From Lytechinus pictus (lineage: Eukaryota): 64,000 bases of DNA. The notes beneath the pieces are model-generated. The model was not told the origin of the DNA. It did not search any database and saw only the letters and a list, made by a program, of their open reading frames with translations. Below, piece by piece: positions 1 to 11,344 of this stretch (positions within the stretch are counted from its first letter, which is position 1; the number at the start of each line of letters is the position of its first letter). Made by a program: the position numbers and the translations under genes. The stretch covers positions 248,001 to 312,000 of the forward strand of contig NC_087245.1 in the NCBI RefSeq assembly GCF_037042905.1, written 5' to 3'.

Positions 1-576
1 ATTCAGCAGAGATTTAACAACGGTGAACAAGACAACAGACACCGGATGAGACTCTGAATATGGGGGCCTGTACACATTAATCAATTTAAGATGAAATTAT
101 TTGCATACAATATCATACTCGGCAAACTCAAATGATTCCTTCTGACCAGCGGCTACCTGACGAGCATCGATAGGACTTTTAAAGAGAAGACCTGTACCCC
201 CGCCACGGCGACCAGTCCTTGGTTGATGAAGACACCGATATCCAGAGGGAACAAACTCTTGCAGTACTGCAGAGTCGTTCTCAGTCAACCAAGTCTCCAT
301 AAGCGTAACTAAATCAGCTTTACTTTCGTTGACAAAGTCATTGATCGCAGTTGTTTTGTTACGAACAGAGCGTACATTGATGGAGCAAAGTTGAAGACAG
401 TCTAATTGTGATGAAGTTCTGCTTGATGTTTGCTTTGCATGTTGAAGACTATTCCTTTTCCTTCCTCCTCGAGTTCCCCGCCTGATTTTCTTGACTTGTG
501 CAACGTCTTCTGAATTCCATATGATGTTATTGCTTGGCATACATGATGTGGAAGAGGTGCGACAAAGTCTCTCCAT
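1..576 (-). mobile_element. CR1/L2-clade LINE fragment, N-terminal half of the apurinic-like endonuclease (APE) of ORF2; runs off the window start
   Basis: ORF 97..576 has APE motifs INVRSVRNK, LVTLMETWL and RRGGGTGLLFK. A stop at 97-99 indicates decay. Confidence 0.85.
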
Positions 577-616
577 AGACAGAGTTCAGTTGGAGTGTAC
601 TTATATATATAAATAG

Positions 617-1690
617 GGTAAGTGTATATTCTGTCCTGGTACAACAGGCACCCTTCATGATATACTCTCAAACTGCCCAGTCTTCCTTGAGAGATACACT
701 GTATGAGTGGCGTCATAATAACATTTTGAGGTTCATGCACAAAACATTTCTGGAAAATTTGACTCACAGGAATATTTATACTGACTTAGAAGGGCATTCA
801 ATCGCCGGGGAACCATACCTCCCCACATTCTCACAACCACTTTGCACCCAGATTTAGTCATTTTACGGGAAGAACAGAAAGAGTAATTATCACCGAATTA
901 ACAATACCATTTGAAACCAACATTAATGATGCACACCAAAGGAAAAGTCACAAAGTATGACTCGATTGTTAGGGACATCAAGGAAAAGGGTTACACGGCG
1001 TCATTCTACGCGATAGAAGTCGGGGCAAGGGGCCTAGTAGACCGGAATAATAAACACCGCCTTAAAAAACTCCTTAGAATAACAAGCTCAAAATCCGACC
1101 AACCAAATTTTTCCATACCCTTTCTAAACTCGCCATACTCTCCTCTTTTTCAATATTTTACGCAAGAAAAGAGCGAACCTGGGGGGGGGGAGGTACATGT
1201 ACAACACTTGGACCCATAATCATCCCCAAGGGCCCAAGATCATTTGCCTAGTTATTTTTTTAGCGTAAGGCAAATGTACTTTATGAGTATTACTTTCATA
1301 ACTTTGTGATGTCAATAGCTAATTAAGTTGATCTTAATACACAAAAAACATATATTGATCTCGTCCGTATATGATAATAATTGAGATGATACCGTAATGG
1401 AAATTGGATGACCATTTTCGCCCATTGTATATACGTAACACCTCTCATAATTTCAAATTATATGCAATAATTAAATAATTCCATGTCCAATTCTAATTCA
1501 GAAAATTGATTAAGTTGTTTAACTGATTATTTTCCTGCATTTATGTTACTCTTAATAATTTCTATATTGGTACGTGTTACTTGTTTTGATTTGTAATCCA
1601 TGTATTGACCTGCCATTTGTTTGGAATGGAAACGGTGGACCTGGTCTCTTTACGTATATATTACATCATTGTCTTTGAACTTTAATAAAG
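617..1690 (+). mobile_element. 3' fragment of an RLE-type (restriction-like endonuclease) non-LTR retrotransposon, HERO/NeSL/R4-like, degraded
   Basis: Across frameshifts it reads KCIFCPGTTGTLHDILSNC (zinc knuckle, from 617), WRHNNIL, HPDLVIL, ITELTIPFETN and KVTKYD...FYAIEVGARG. An AT-rich 3' UTR follows, with AATAAA at 1684-1689. Confidence 0.8.
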
Positions 1691-1973
1691 TCAATGGCAA
1701 AAAGAAGCTGCTGAAAACTGCTTATCTAATAAAAGAGAGCCAATGGAGTAAATTAGAAAGTCAAAAGGGGCCTAAGCTTTCGATCCTAGCAAAATGACAA
1801 ACATATAAAGTGGAACAACCATAATATAGACCACAAACAAGCTACAGCAACACTAGAAACAAGGAGACAAAAGAGGCATTAGTGAGTAGAGAAGACCAAT
1901 CAGGTTAGTGAAGGGGATGAAAGAAAAGGAGTAGGCAGACACTAAGGGAAGTTAGTGTGAGTAAGGCCAGTAA

Positions 1974-2776
1974 GGCTGCGTTTATGCGACCTCATGCCAG
2001 AATCATGATTTGAATCATGATTTGAATCATGATTCAAAACACAAACATGAATCACGATATCACAGAATCAGCGTTTAGACGACCTTCATTCCAATGCTGT
2101 TTCTCCTCAGATTCGGGCCAATCCAGTGCGCATCACTAGTGCGCAGTTTGACAGAGGAAGTTTTTCGCACGTGTTTCGGCTCTCGAAAAATCTTTTGCTT
2201 CCAGAATTCACTCTATACCTAATTTTGTTTACTTCTATCATATAGGGTCCATATGCTTCTATTCATCTTGTTAGTTTATCCAAAATGGTGTTCGGAAGTG
2301 AATTTTAGCGTAGATCCAATTTAATATTGACACTCTATACTCAACAACAACTGAGATCATTGTCTGTCCAGTTAATTCATTTACTAGAACTTGAAGTTGA
2401 AGACATGACCAAAAAATGAAAAGTAGTGGACGATGCGATGACCAACACAGAACTTGAACATGACAAGAAATGCATGCAGAGTAATCATGTACATACAATG
2501 AGCATATAGAGTGCCTTGAGCTTGGCAAGAGTCAAACCGAAAGTAGCCCGACACAGTGAGGTCATATAATCATGATTCAAATCACGATATCGTTTATTCG
2601 AAAATTTTCGTACGTGATTCTGCAGAAACGTCTTTCCAAACGCCCCTTTTTTCGTGTTTCATGTTTGTGATTCTAATCATGATTATATTCAATTTCGACT
2701 AAACGCAATCGTGATTCTGCAGAATCATGATTCAGATCATGATTCTAGGGTGAAAAAGTGGCGGATAAACGCACCC
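1974..2776. mobile_element. PIF/Harbinger-like MITE inserted in the Penelope 3' UTR
   Basis: TIRs GGCTGCGTTTATGCG / CGGATAAACGCACCC, 3-bp TSD TAA (1971-73, 2777-79), and repeated subterminal palindrome AATCATGATT. Confidence 0.85.
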
Positions 2777-3526
2777 TAAAAGACCTCGAGCCAAGAGGGA
2801 TTAAGATAATGAGGCAGGCAACATCAAACAGGATCTGGAACAAAACAGTGATAGAGGGTATGAGGAAGAGATGAATAACAAGAGAATTAGTGAGAGGTGG
2901 CTCAAACAGGTTACAAATAAAGGCATAATAAACTGGTGCATACGAGTGGGGGGAAAAAAGGAAAAGAAAGGGGAACAACTGATAATGTGCAAAATACATA
3001 TAAGTATATATGATAAAGCATAAACAAACTAAGAGAAGAAGGTAAGTGTAAATATGTATCTATAAGTGATATGTATATAAATATATCCAAAAAAGAAATG
3101 TATATGAAAAAATATATAAATACACATATGGTGTAACTGATATTGTAATCCGCTAGGTGTGACGGGAAAAACACCTAAGACTATATAGTAGGGAAAAAAA
3201 AGAAGAAAAAAAAAACCTGTTTATGTGAAAAAGAGCAAGCAAATTGCCTAAAAAGGTAAAAGCAAATATAGAAGAGGGGGGGGGGTGTATTATGAAGAAA
3301 CCATAGTATAAATGTAAATAAGCAAATGTAGTAAATCTAAAAGATTTGAGTGGAGAAAAAAAATATATAAGTATTATATCGCCTGAATAAGGAAGGAAAA
3401 ATTGGAGCTGAGCTTGTATGAGATATGGGAGGAAAGTAGAGGAAGAAACTATAATGTAACTATTCAAAAGAGCTGAGGGGAAAAAATATATGTATATATA
3501 AATTGAAAGTGGATAGGAAAGAATAA

Positions 3527-6183
3527 TCAGTCGTTCCCCTCTTGGATGTTCAGGCCATGAGGTTGGGTGGTGCGAAGTCGTCTCATCCAGAACTTCTCTC
3601 TGCTAGTACGGACTGAGTCAGGACAGGTACCTAAAGATTCGATGCCCTGTAGCATCATGTCGGTGATGGAGTGGTTGGGGAGGTTAAAATGGCGGCCAAC
3701 TGGAGTGTCCAGCTTTGCTGTGTTGACGGTGGATCTGTGCCCGTAGAATCGTTTCTTGAGTGTGGTCTTGGTTTCCCCTATGTATTGTACCCTACAAACT
3801 CTGCAAGTGATGAGATATACAACATTAGTGGTAGTGCATGTGATGTTGCCCTTGATTTGGTGAGACAGGCTGGTAGAGTTGCTGGTGGAAGTGTCGCCCT
3901 CGTGAAGGTGTATTTCACATATGATGCACCTGTTGCTGGTGCATTTGAAGGTGCCATGCTGTATGGGAGAAGAATGGTTAGTGAGGGAGGGCACTTCAGC
4001 ACGAACAATGAGGTCCCTGAGATTCGGTGGGCGTCGGTATGCTAGAAGGGGAGTATCGGGAACGGCCTGTTGGAGACGATCAGAAGTGTGTAAAATGTGG
4101 TGGTTATCACACAGGATTTTGCGGAGAGGGGGTAGATTGGGATAGAAGGTGGTCACAAGCGGTATTTTGTCGGTAGTCTCCTTGTCACTTTTTGGTTTTA
4201 GAACTTCAGATCTAGGGAGAGAACGAACTTTGTTAATTGCCAGTTGGACTGCCGTGGCCCCTGGCACAGAGATGTTTCTGCAAATTCCTGGCATGGAAGG
4301 AAAAATCAGGGTCCTCGGAGCAGATACGGCGAAGTCTGATGGCTTGACTGTAAGCGATGCCGGTTTTGCAGTGACGGGGGTGGCAGCTGGATGAGTGGAG
4401 GTACTGGTGGGTATCTGTGGGTTTAGTGTATAGGGTAGTGGTGATACCGTTAGGTTTTTTCTGGACTGTGACATCAAGGAAGTGGGTTTCCTGTTGGGAG
4501 AAATCAGAAGTGAATTTGATGGTCCTGTGGAAGGAATTGATGTGGTCAATGAATGTATGGAGGCTATCTTCATCCCTGGTCCAGATGAAGAAAATGTCGT
4601 CTATGTAACGCCACCAAATCCATGGGCGACAGGGGGCTGAATCTAACATCTGCTGTTCCAGCTTGGTCATGAAGAGACAGGCGAATGAAGGAGCCATCCG
4701 GGTGCCCATTGCTGTACCGAATATCTGTAGGTAGTGCTTGCCCATGAATGTGAAGTTTTTTTTTGTTAGTACATGAGACATCAGAGATTTGATATCGGAT
4801 ATGGGGGGACTGGAATGGCCACTGGCGGCCAAGGCTTCACATGATGCTTGGATACCTTCGTCGTGGGGAATGCTGGTGTACAGTGAAGAAACATCGAAAG
4901 TGCCGATGATCGCAGTCTCGGGTATCTGGTCCTTGATGTCATTTAGTTTCCTGAGAAAGTCTGGAGTGTCGTGGATGTAAGAGGGTGCACGTGAGACAAG
5001 GGGCTTAATGTGGTAATCAACAAAAAGGGAGATGTTCTCTGTTGAGGAACCATTTCCTGAGAGGATGGGTCGACCGGGGTTGCCAGGTTTGTGGATCTTC
5101 GGGAGGAGATAGAAGCGGGCAGGTTTAGCATTAGTAGGGGAGAGAAATTTGTGGGCCTTCTCGGAGAGATGCTTGTGTTCTTTCATGTCATTCAGTGTCG
5201 ATTGGATCTGTAGGGAGAAATTACAAGTAGGGTCAGAATCGAGGAGTGCATAGTGAGATAGATTATTGAGATTTCATGGCTTCATCGATGTACTGCTGGT
5301 GGTCCATGACGACGACGGCTGATCCTTTGTCTGCAGGCTTGATGATGATGTCGGACCTGTTTTTGAGTGATGAGAGAGCCTGGCGTTCTTCTCGAGGAAG
5401 GTTGTCATGTGCTCTGGTGTAGAGGGTATCTGTGGAGCGAACTTGGGATGAGACAGCTTGAATGTAAGTTTCAAGGGAAGGAACTCTATTCTTGGGTGGA
5501 ATCCATGTGCTTTTCTTGTAGAAGGGCTCGGGATCAGAAGGGGGTGCATCTAAAAAGAACTCTTTGAGACGTATCCTGCGTTAGAATGTAGAGAGGTCTT
5601 GATTGAGAGCTATCTGTTCAACTTCTGGTGGCGTGGGGCAAAACTTGAGACCTTTAGAGAGAAGAGAGGTTTCTGCTTGGGAGAGAGGGGAGGATGAGAG
5701 ATTAACAACCAAATGGGGGGATGCATCATTGTTGTTGGTATGTCGTCTAAATCTGTTTGACCATTGTCGCTTCTTTGTGAGGTTGCCTATTTTCTTGTTC
5801 CTGCGTTCAGTGAGGAGAGACCTGTGTTTAGAGAGATCAGATTCAATTTCATCATTATACTGAAGCCATTGGGTTTGGGTACAGCAAGAACGTAGTTCGT
5901 CTTCCAGGCTACTGATGTCAGCTGAAAAAGAATCAAGAGAAGCAATACACTGTTCAGAGAGGATGTTAATTAGTCAAACTGAAGCTCCATGTAAGGTCTG
6001 GTTCCATCGTTTGCAAAGTTCAGGTGTGAGCGTACCGAGACCGGGAGTGCAATGAAGTTGGAGGCCTGTGGGTACAATGCGACTGAGGAAATAAAATCTG
6101 TAATTGTCCTGGTGAAAAGAGGTCTTGAGGGCCTTCAGCTTGATCTTCCTGAGCTGGTGAAATAAAGATAGATGGTTAGTCAT
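3527..6183 (-). pseudogene. Penelope-like RT plus GIY-YIG endonuclease polyprotein, disrupted by several frameshifts
   Basis: N-terminus MTNHLSLFHQLRKIKLK at ~6183. RT (4233..5186) has FYLLPKIHKPG, FDVSSLYTSIP, GTAMGTRMAP, WRYIDDIF, FLDV and YTKPTD. The endonuclease (3527..~4250) has a Cys-rich linker CTSNRCIIC and VVYLITCRVCRVQYIGET. Frame changes at ~4250, ~5200-5600 and ~5975. Confidence 0.92.
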
Positions 6184-6190
6184 GGTAGAA

Positions 6191-6493
6191 AAGAGACCTA
6201 GAATAAAAAAAAGTGTAAAACAAAGAAAATGGATATTCATAACAAATCAAAATATAAAGAATGAGAAAAGTCGAGTAGATTTGAACTGGACCTAAAACAG
6301 AATGATAATAAGAATACACAAAGTTAATTAAATCAAGCTGAAAGAGACCTAGAATGAAAAAAGGTGTAAAAAAAAGAAAATGGAAATTCAAAACAAATCA
6401 AAATATAAAGAATGAGAAAAGTCGAGTAGATTTGAACTGGACCTAAAACAGAATGATAATAAGAATACACAAAGATAATTAAATCAAGCTGAA
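6191..6493. repeat. 151-bp tandem duplication in the Penelope 5' UTR
   Basis: AAGAGACCTAGAAT...AAATCAAGCTGAAA starts at 6191 and again at 6342. Confidence 0.9.
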
Positions 6494-6691
6494 AAGTAAA
6501 AGATACCAGAAAAAAAAAATTCATATACAGAAACATCAAACATATATGGATAAAACAAGGCAAATTAGATAAGGAGGATCACATGGAAGTGATACAACAG
6601 CAGAAAAGGAGATCAATGGCAAAAAGAAGCTGCTGAAAACTGCTTATCTAATAAAAGAGAGCCAATTGAGTAAATTAGAAAGTCAAAAGGG

Positions 6692-6730
6692 GCCTAAGCT
6701 TTCGATCCTAGCAGAATCTTCGTCGGAGGC
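6692..6730 (-). ncRNA. Minimal type I hammerhead ribozyme in the Penelope 5' pLTR (U4C core variant)
   Basis: Minus strand: GCCU-CCGACGA-A-GAUUC(UGCUA)GGAUC-GAA-AGCU-U-AGGC. Stem I is GCCU/AGGC, stem II has 5 bp, and stem III is the palindrome AGCU. Confidence 0.75.
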
Positions 6731-6797
6731 AAAATGAAAGTCATGATGAAACAACAATATACATGTATCACCTTGCATTTTGTTTTATATTTATAAA

Positions 6798-9066
6798 CAG
6801 TGCATCCCCCCAAAAAATATACACTTTTGAAATGGCTGCCAAATAGAATATATAACACTTTGGGGGTAAACACTTACATATATAGTAATGGAAGCCAATA
6901 AAGTCAACTTTCAAATGACACCAAAAAGTTGGAAAAATATTCATGCTTGAGCAAGCACTGCCCACTGAAACAAAGGGTATGAAAATTAGGCTGGGCTGGA
7001 ATTAGCCTTCCAATTTATGTCAGTTTTTGAGAGGCAAATCCTTTGGAACTTGCAAAGTTAAAGGTGTTGTGATAAATTAATGATCAACCGTGTCCAGTTT
7101 TGGCTGTTTAGGCAAATTTCATGAATTATTAAATTGAACTGTAATGCATGAGTGAACACAAATTACACTTTTGGGGCAGCATTTCAACTTTATCATGTGG
7201 ATCTCAGTAATGTGTTCATGGGAGTCGGGAGAATTGGGGGTGAGATCGGACTTAAGTGGGAGAAGTAGGTTGATGGAGTAAGGGTCAACGGAACATTTAG
7301 CCCCCCCCCCCCTCTCGCTCCCGCCCTCCCCTCCTGTTGAGAGACTGATTGCTATTGTCATGCACATGTGAAGTTCAGAGCAGAATGTTGATTTAATGAT
7401 AATTTCTGAATTGGGGCATCAACTTTTTCCTATCAACCATTTAATCAAAAATTTATCAATAAATCAACTCATTCAAAGTGAAATGTGATCAATCAATCAT
7501 TCGGTTTTTTTAATAAATTATTTCATAAATCATCATAATCAGTCATTTACTTGGTAATCAGTCAATGAAAAAAAAATGACCATCAGCCACCAGTCACTTG
7601 GCAGTTAAGTTTGAATAGGCTACAATTCAGGAAGTGAGACAGGGGGGGCCTGTGAAATGGAGGTGGAGGGGGTGTATATTTGACTTTTATTTTGTAAAAG
7701 GACAAAAAGAAGAGAAATGCCTTTTTAACCAAGTCTAACCATATCTTGCCCTCTTGCTTGTATCAGGTACCATCACATTACTCTGACTCTCACGAACACA
7801 CTGCTGAGGTCCACAAGATGAATATGCTCCACTAAAATTACAATTCCCATTCACTTATCATTATGCATTAAATTTCAATTTCGTAACTCATGAAATTTGC
7901 CTAAGAAACCAAAACTTATCTCACTCATTAATTTAGCATAACACCCTTAGCTTTGCAAGTTCCAAATGACTAATCACACAAAAACCGTAAGGTTAATTCC
8001 TGCCCAGCCTAGCCCAGCTTAGTCTCTCAGAAGGAGAGAAGTGGGGGGAGGGGTAGAGATGGAGGAAAGGGTTGCTAAATATTCTGTTGATCTTTATCCC
8101 ATCAACGTACTTCACCTACTTACATGTAAGTCCTGTCTTACCCCCGGGGGGGGGGGGGGGGGCACTCAGTATATAATGCATAGTGGGTATGTGCCGCGGA
8201 GGGGACCCCCATTTTTACACTCAAATTTCCGTTCCAGGGCATAGCATTTTCATCTTATTAAGAAAAAGAACTAAGAAAGCCGCTCCGAAGCAAAGCATTT
8301 TCTTGTTATCGAGAGAAAAGAAGAAAGAAATCCGCTCCAAAGCTTCGCATATTTTTCGTCACGCCGTTCCGGTCGCATTGATTTGGTGAAAAGCGGCCGC
8401 TGAGCGCTGTCCGACCATCGCCTCTGCGCGAGCGCACCCCGCGCCCGGGCCTCTGCATACACGTATATGCCCGTTCCATAGGGATGCACACGCAAGCGAC
8501 CCGTTCCAAGGACCCCCGTTTTCACAAGCATTTGTAGTTCCGAAGCCCGTTCCGAGGACCCTCCTTTACAATAAGTCCGCTCCAAGGCCCCCGGTTTTTG
8601 TCTCGCCCGCGGCACACACCTACCAATTTTTTGGTCGAGTGCCCCCCCCCCCCCCCCCCCCCCGGGGTCTTACCCCCTATTCTCCTGACTCTCATGAACA
8701 CATTGCTGAGATCCACATGATGAAGTCAAAATTGCAATTCATTATCACTCATGCATTAGATTTCAATTTAAAACACATAAAATTTTCTCAAGCAACAAAC
8801 TCATCACAAACCCTGAACTTTGCAAGTTCCAAACAAGAAAACCTGAGAGAAATTGGAAGGCTAATTCCGGCCCAGCCTAATTTTCATACCCGTTGTTTCA
8901 GTGGGCAGTGCTCGCTCAAGCATGAATAGTTTTTCAACTTTTTGGTGTCATTTGAACGTTGACTTTATTAACCTTCTATGTATTTAAGTTTTTTCCCCCA
9001 AAGTGATATACAGTATCTTATATTTGACAGCCATTTCAAAAGTGTATAGTTTTTGGAGACGCACTG
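6798..9066. mobile_element. Non-autonomous Tc1/mariner-like element with long inverted arms
   Basis: TIR CAGTGCATCCCCCCAAAAAATATACACTTTTGAAATGGCTG has its inverse ending at 9066, followed by TA. Arms 6798-~7330 and ~8040-9066 are inverted, with an extra inverted partial arm at ~7780-8020. Confidence 0.82.
8143..8666. mobile_element. MITE with CCCGGG-poly(G) termini and 8-bp TSD, nested in the Tc1-like element
   Basis: CCCG(n)CACTC ... GAGTGC(n)GGG, with TSD GTCTTACC at 8135-42 and 8667-74. Confidence 0.88.
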
Positions 9067-9527
9067 TATATAGGAAGAGTGTCATGAATACAGTTTTGTA
9101 GTTATATCCAAAGAATTACAGCCAAATTATTATTTCATGTGTTAATTAGCATAACTGATTAAAAATAAATTTGAATAATTTGGGTTCATTTATAATTTTT
9201 TGGAGATTATGTCATGGGAGACGTGTGCGCCGATTATCATCGCAATTGTGTGATCAACAACCGAGATCTGAGGAAGGGGCCAAAATAGAAGTAGAAGTAG
9301 ATAGATAGATAGATAGATAGATAAATGGTTTATTTGATAAAACTCATACATCATGGCGGCAAAGCCGAATTGTGATGCATTTACATATAAATTAAAATAA
9401 ATCAATACATTAAAAATGGAATACATATCATTGAAATGAATAATAATTAATAAGTGCAAGTATTGTTGAATAGAAATACCTAATAGTATGATTAAAATGC
9501 AAATTCAAATTCATTAATAATTGCAAA

Positions 9528-10611
9528 CAGTCAGACCGCAGGTCCCAAGAAAGTGGCTTCTTTCATCCAAGTGATATTCATGACTTGAGATGTTTTGCAT
9601 ATTTAATGAGCTTGATGCGGACCAAAACACCTCTTTTCATTCGGTCATTGCTGCTCTAATTGTGCATCGAATTTCATGAATTTGGTACCATTGTAAAGAA
9701 GAAGAATCATTCTTTTAGGTCATGTGTTTGGATTTATTCAAAGATTTTGTAATATAGGTTAAAATTTTGATCTAAAATATGCTACAAAATAAATATTTTC
9801 ACCTGACAAAAGCTGCTTTTTTCACACTTTATTTTTGTTTGAGCCCAAATGATTTTTATATCATGATGAAGCTGAATATGTATGCTTTGAAATGATATAG
9901 GTTTCAAAATAAGAATTGGTTTAATCGGGTCAAGATCACACTTTTCATTTGCCAAGTACATAAAGCAGCTTGAAAACAAGAATACTGCACTCTGATTGGT
10001 CAAAGAGACCACACAATGGCAAATTCCAACGGTCCCAGTGCCTTGGTTCGTGGGAAGGTCACACTTCCCATGTGGTAATCTCCTCAAATACCCCGCGCCT
10101 GTTGTTCTGTGAATCTTATCCAGCCAATCAGAACTCTGGATTTCATGCAAGTACAAAATTTCAGAAATCTCGTCTTGTACCTTGGTGGGAAAAGTGTGAT
10201 CTTGACCCGATTAAAAGGTGCTGCATATCAAGAGTGGCATTGTGAGAAAGTACAGAAGTTCAGCTTTATGTTGATATCAATATCATTGAGGCTCAAAATA
10301 AAAAGTTTTGCACAATTTGCAAAAGAAAACAGAGGAAGAAAATTCAGTTTTGAGGCACATTTTCAGGCCAGAAATTTACTTATTTAACAAAATATTGTAT
10401 ACAAAATAAATGACCAATATAAAAGAGTAACATTCACTCTATCTGATGGTGCAATAATATTTCATTTAACTTGAGGTTAAAACAGGTAAATTCTTAGAGA
10501 AAGAAAATCTCACGAATCACGAGATTTTGCAAGGAGGAGGATTCAGCCACGAGATGATTTGGATGAATCTGGCCTTTTTGCTCATTAGCATAGGGACCTG
10601 CGGTCTGACTG
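9528..10611. mobile_element. Non-autonomous DNA transposon with 19-bp TIRs and 4-bp TSD (superfamily unassigned)
   Basis: CAGTCAGACCGCAGGTCCC / GGGACCTGCGGTCTGACTG, with CAAA on both flanks. Confidence 0.8.
9921..10214. mobile_element. Internal inverted-repeat module or nested MITE
   Basis: Perfect 26-bp IR: TTAATCGGGTCAAGATCACACTTTTC / GAAAAGTGTGATCTTGACCCGATTAA. Confidence 0.6.
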
Positions 10612-10941
10612 CAAAAGTAACTATAATCGTTGATGCATCAATAATTGCAATTGGATAATTGTGAACTAGTAGAAATTGAATGGAAACTGAATTAAACTGG
10701 GGGTTAATTGATAAATATAATATAAACATTGATTTTGAAAAGTAGTTAATTGAATGTATAGAACAAAATGTGAAATAGCGACCAGAATGAAATAATATTA
10801 ACTAGGAATGATTTGAATGAGAAGTTGAGAAACTATTGCAAATTTGTCAATAACTGCGATTAGCTACTAAATAATGCATCGATCAGTTTGTGAATTGAGC
10901 TGTTTAAGATTTAGATAATTATTAAGTACATAAAGTACAAG

Positions 10942-11300
10942 AATGAGATTGCAATTATTATAATCTTAATTGTGAAGGCATTCGATTGATTGAAGTTACT
11001 TTATCATAATGGAAATTCATTTCTAATTTCAAAACTTATCTTAGAGCCAAATTACAAAATGCAAATTAATTGAATGTTTATGTACAATATATACAGATAA
11101 TTAATACAGTAAGTAGATATATAATACAATATAATGAGATTGCAACTTTTTAAAATTTCAATTGTAAGGACATTCGATGTATTTATTGAAGTTATTTGAT
11201 CATAATTGAAATTCATTTTTAATTTCATAACTTAACCAAATCACAGAATGCAAATCAAATGAATGTCATAAGTATATTATTTTACAGGTACTTAAATACG
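10942..11300. repeat. Diverged ~190-bp tandem duplication, AT-rich
   Basis: AATGAGATTGCAA...CATTCGAT...GAAATTCATTT...AATGCAAAT occurs at ~10942 and ~11133. Confidence 0.7.
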
Positions 11301-11344
11301 AATATACAATATATACATCAAAATAGGCAATGTCTTGTTGGTGA

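Larger units (their letters stand above)
1691..6737 (-). mobile_element. Penelope-like retroelement (Neptune-type), near full length and frameshifted
   Basis: RT and GIY-YIG coding on the - strand. Direct terminal repeats (pLTRs) at 1691-1797 and 6613-6737. Candidate 7-bp TSD AAAGTCA at 1687-1693 and 6737-6743. Confidence 0.93.

Noticed and set aside
3671..5863. Plus-strand ORFs overlapping the Penelope ORF
   Set aside because: They are antisense shadows of the RT/endonuclease coding sequence.
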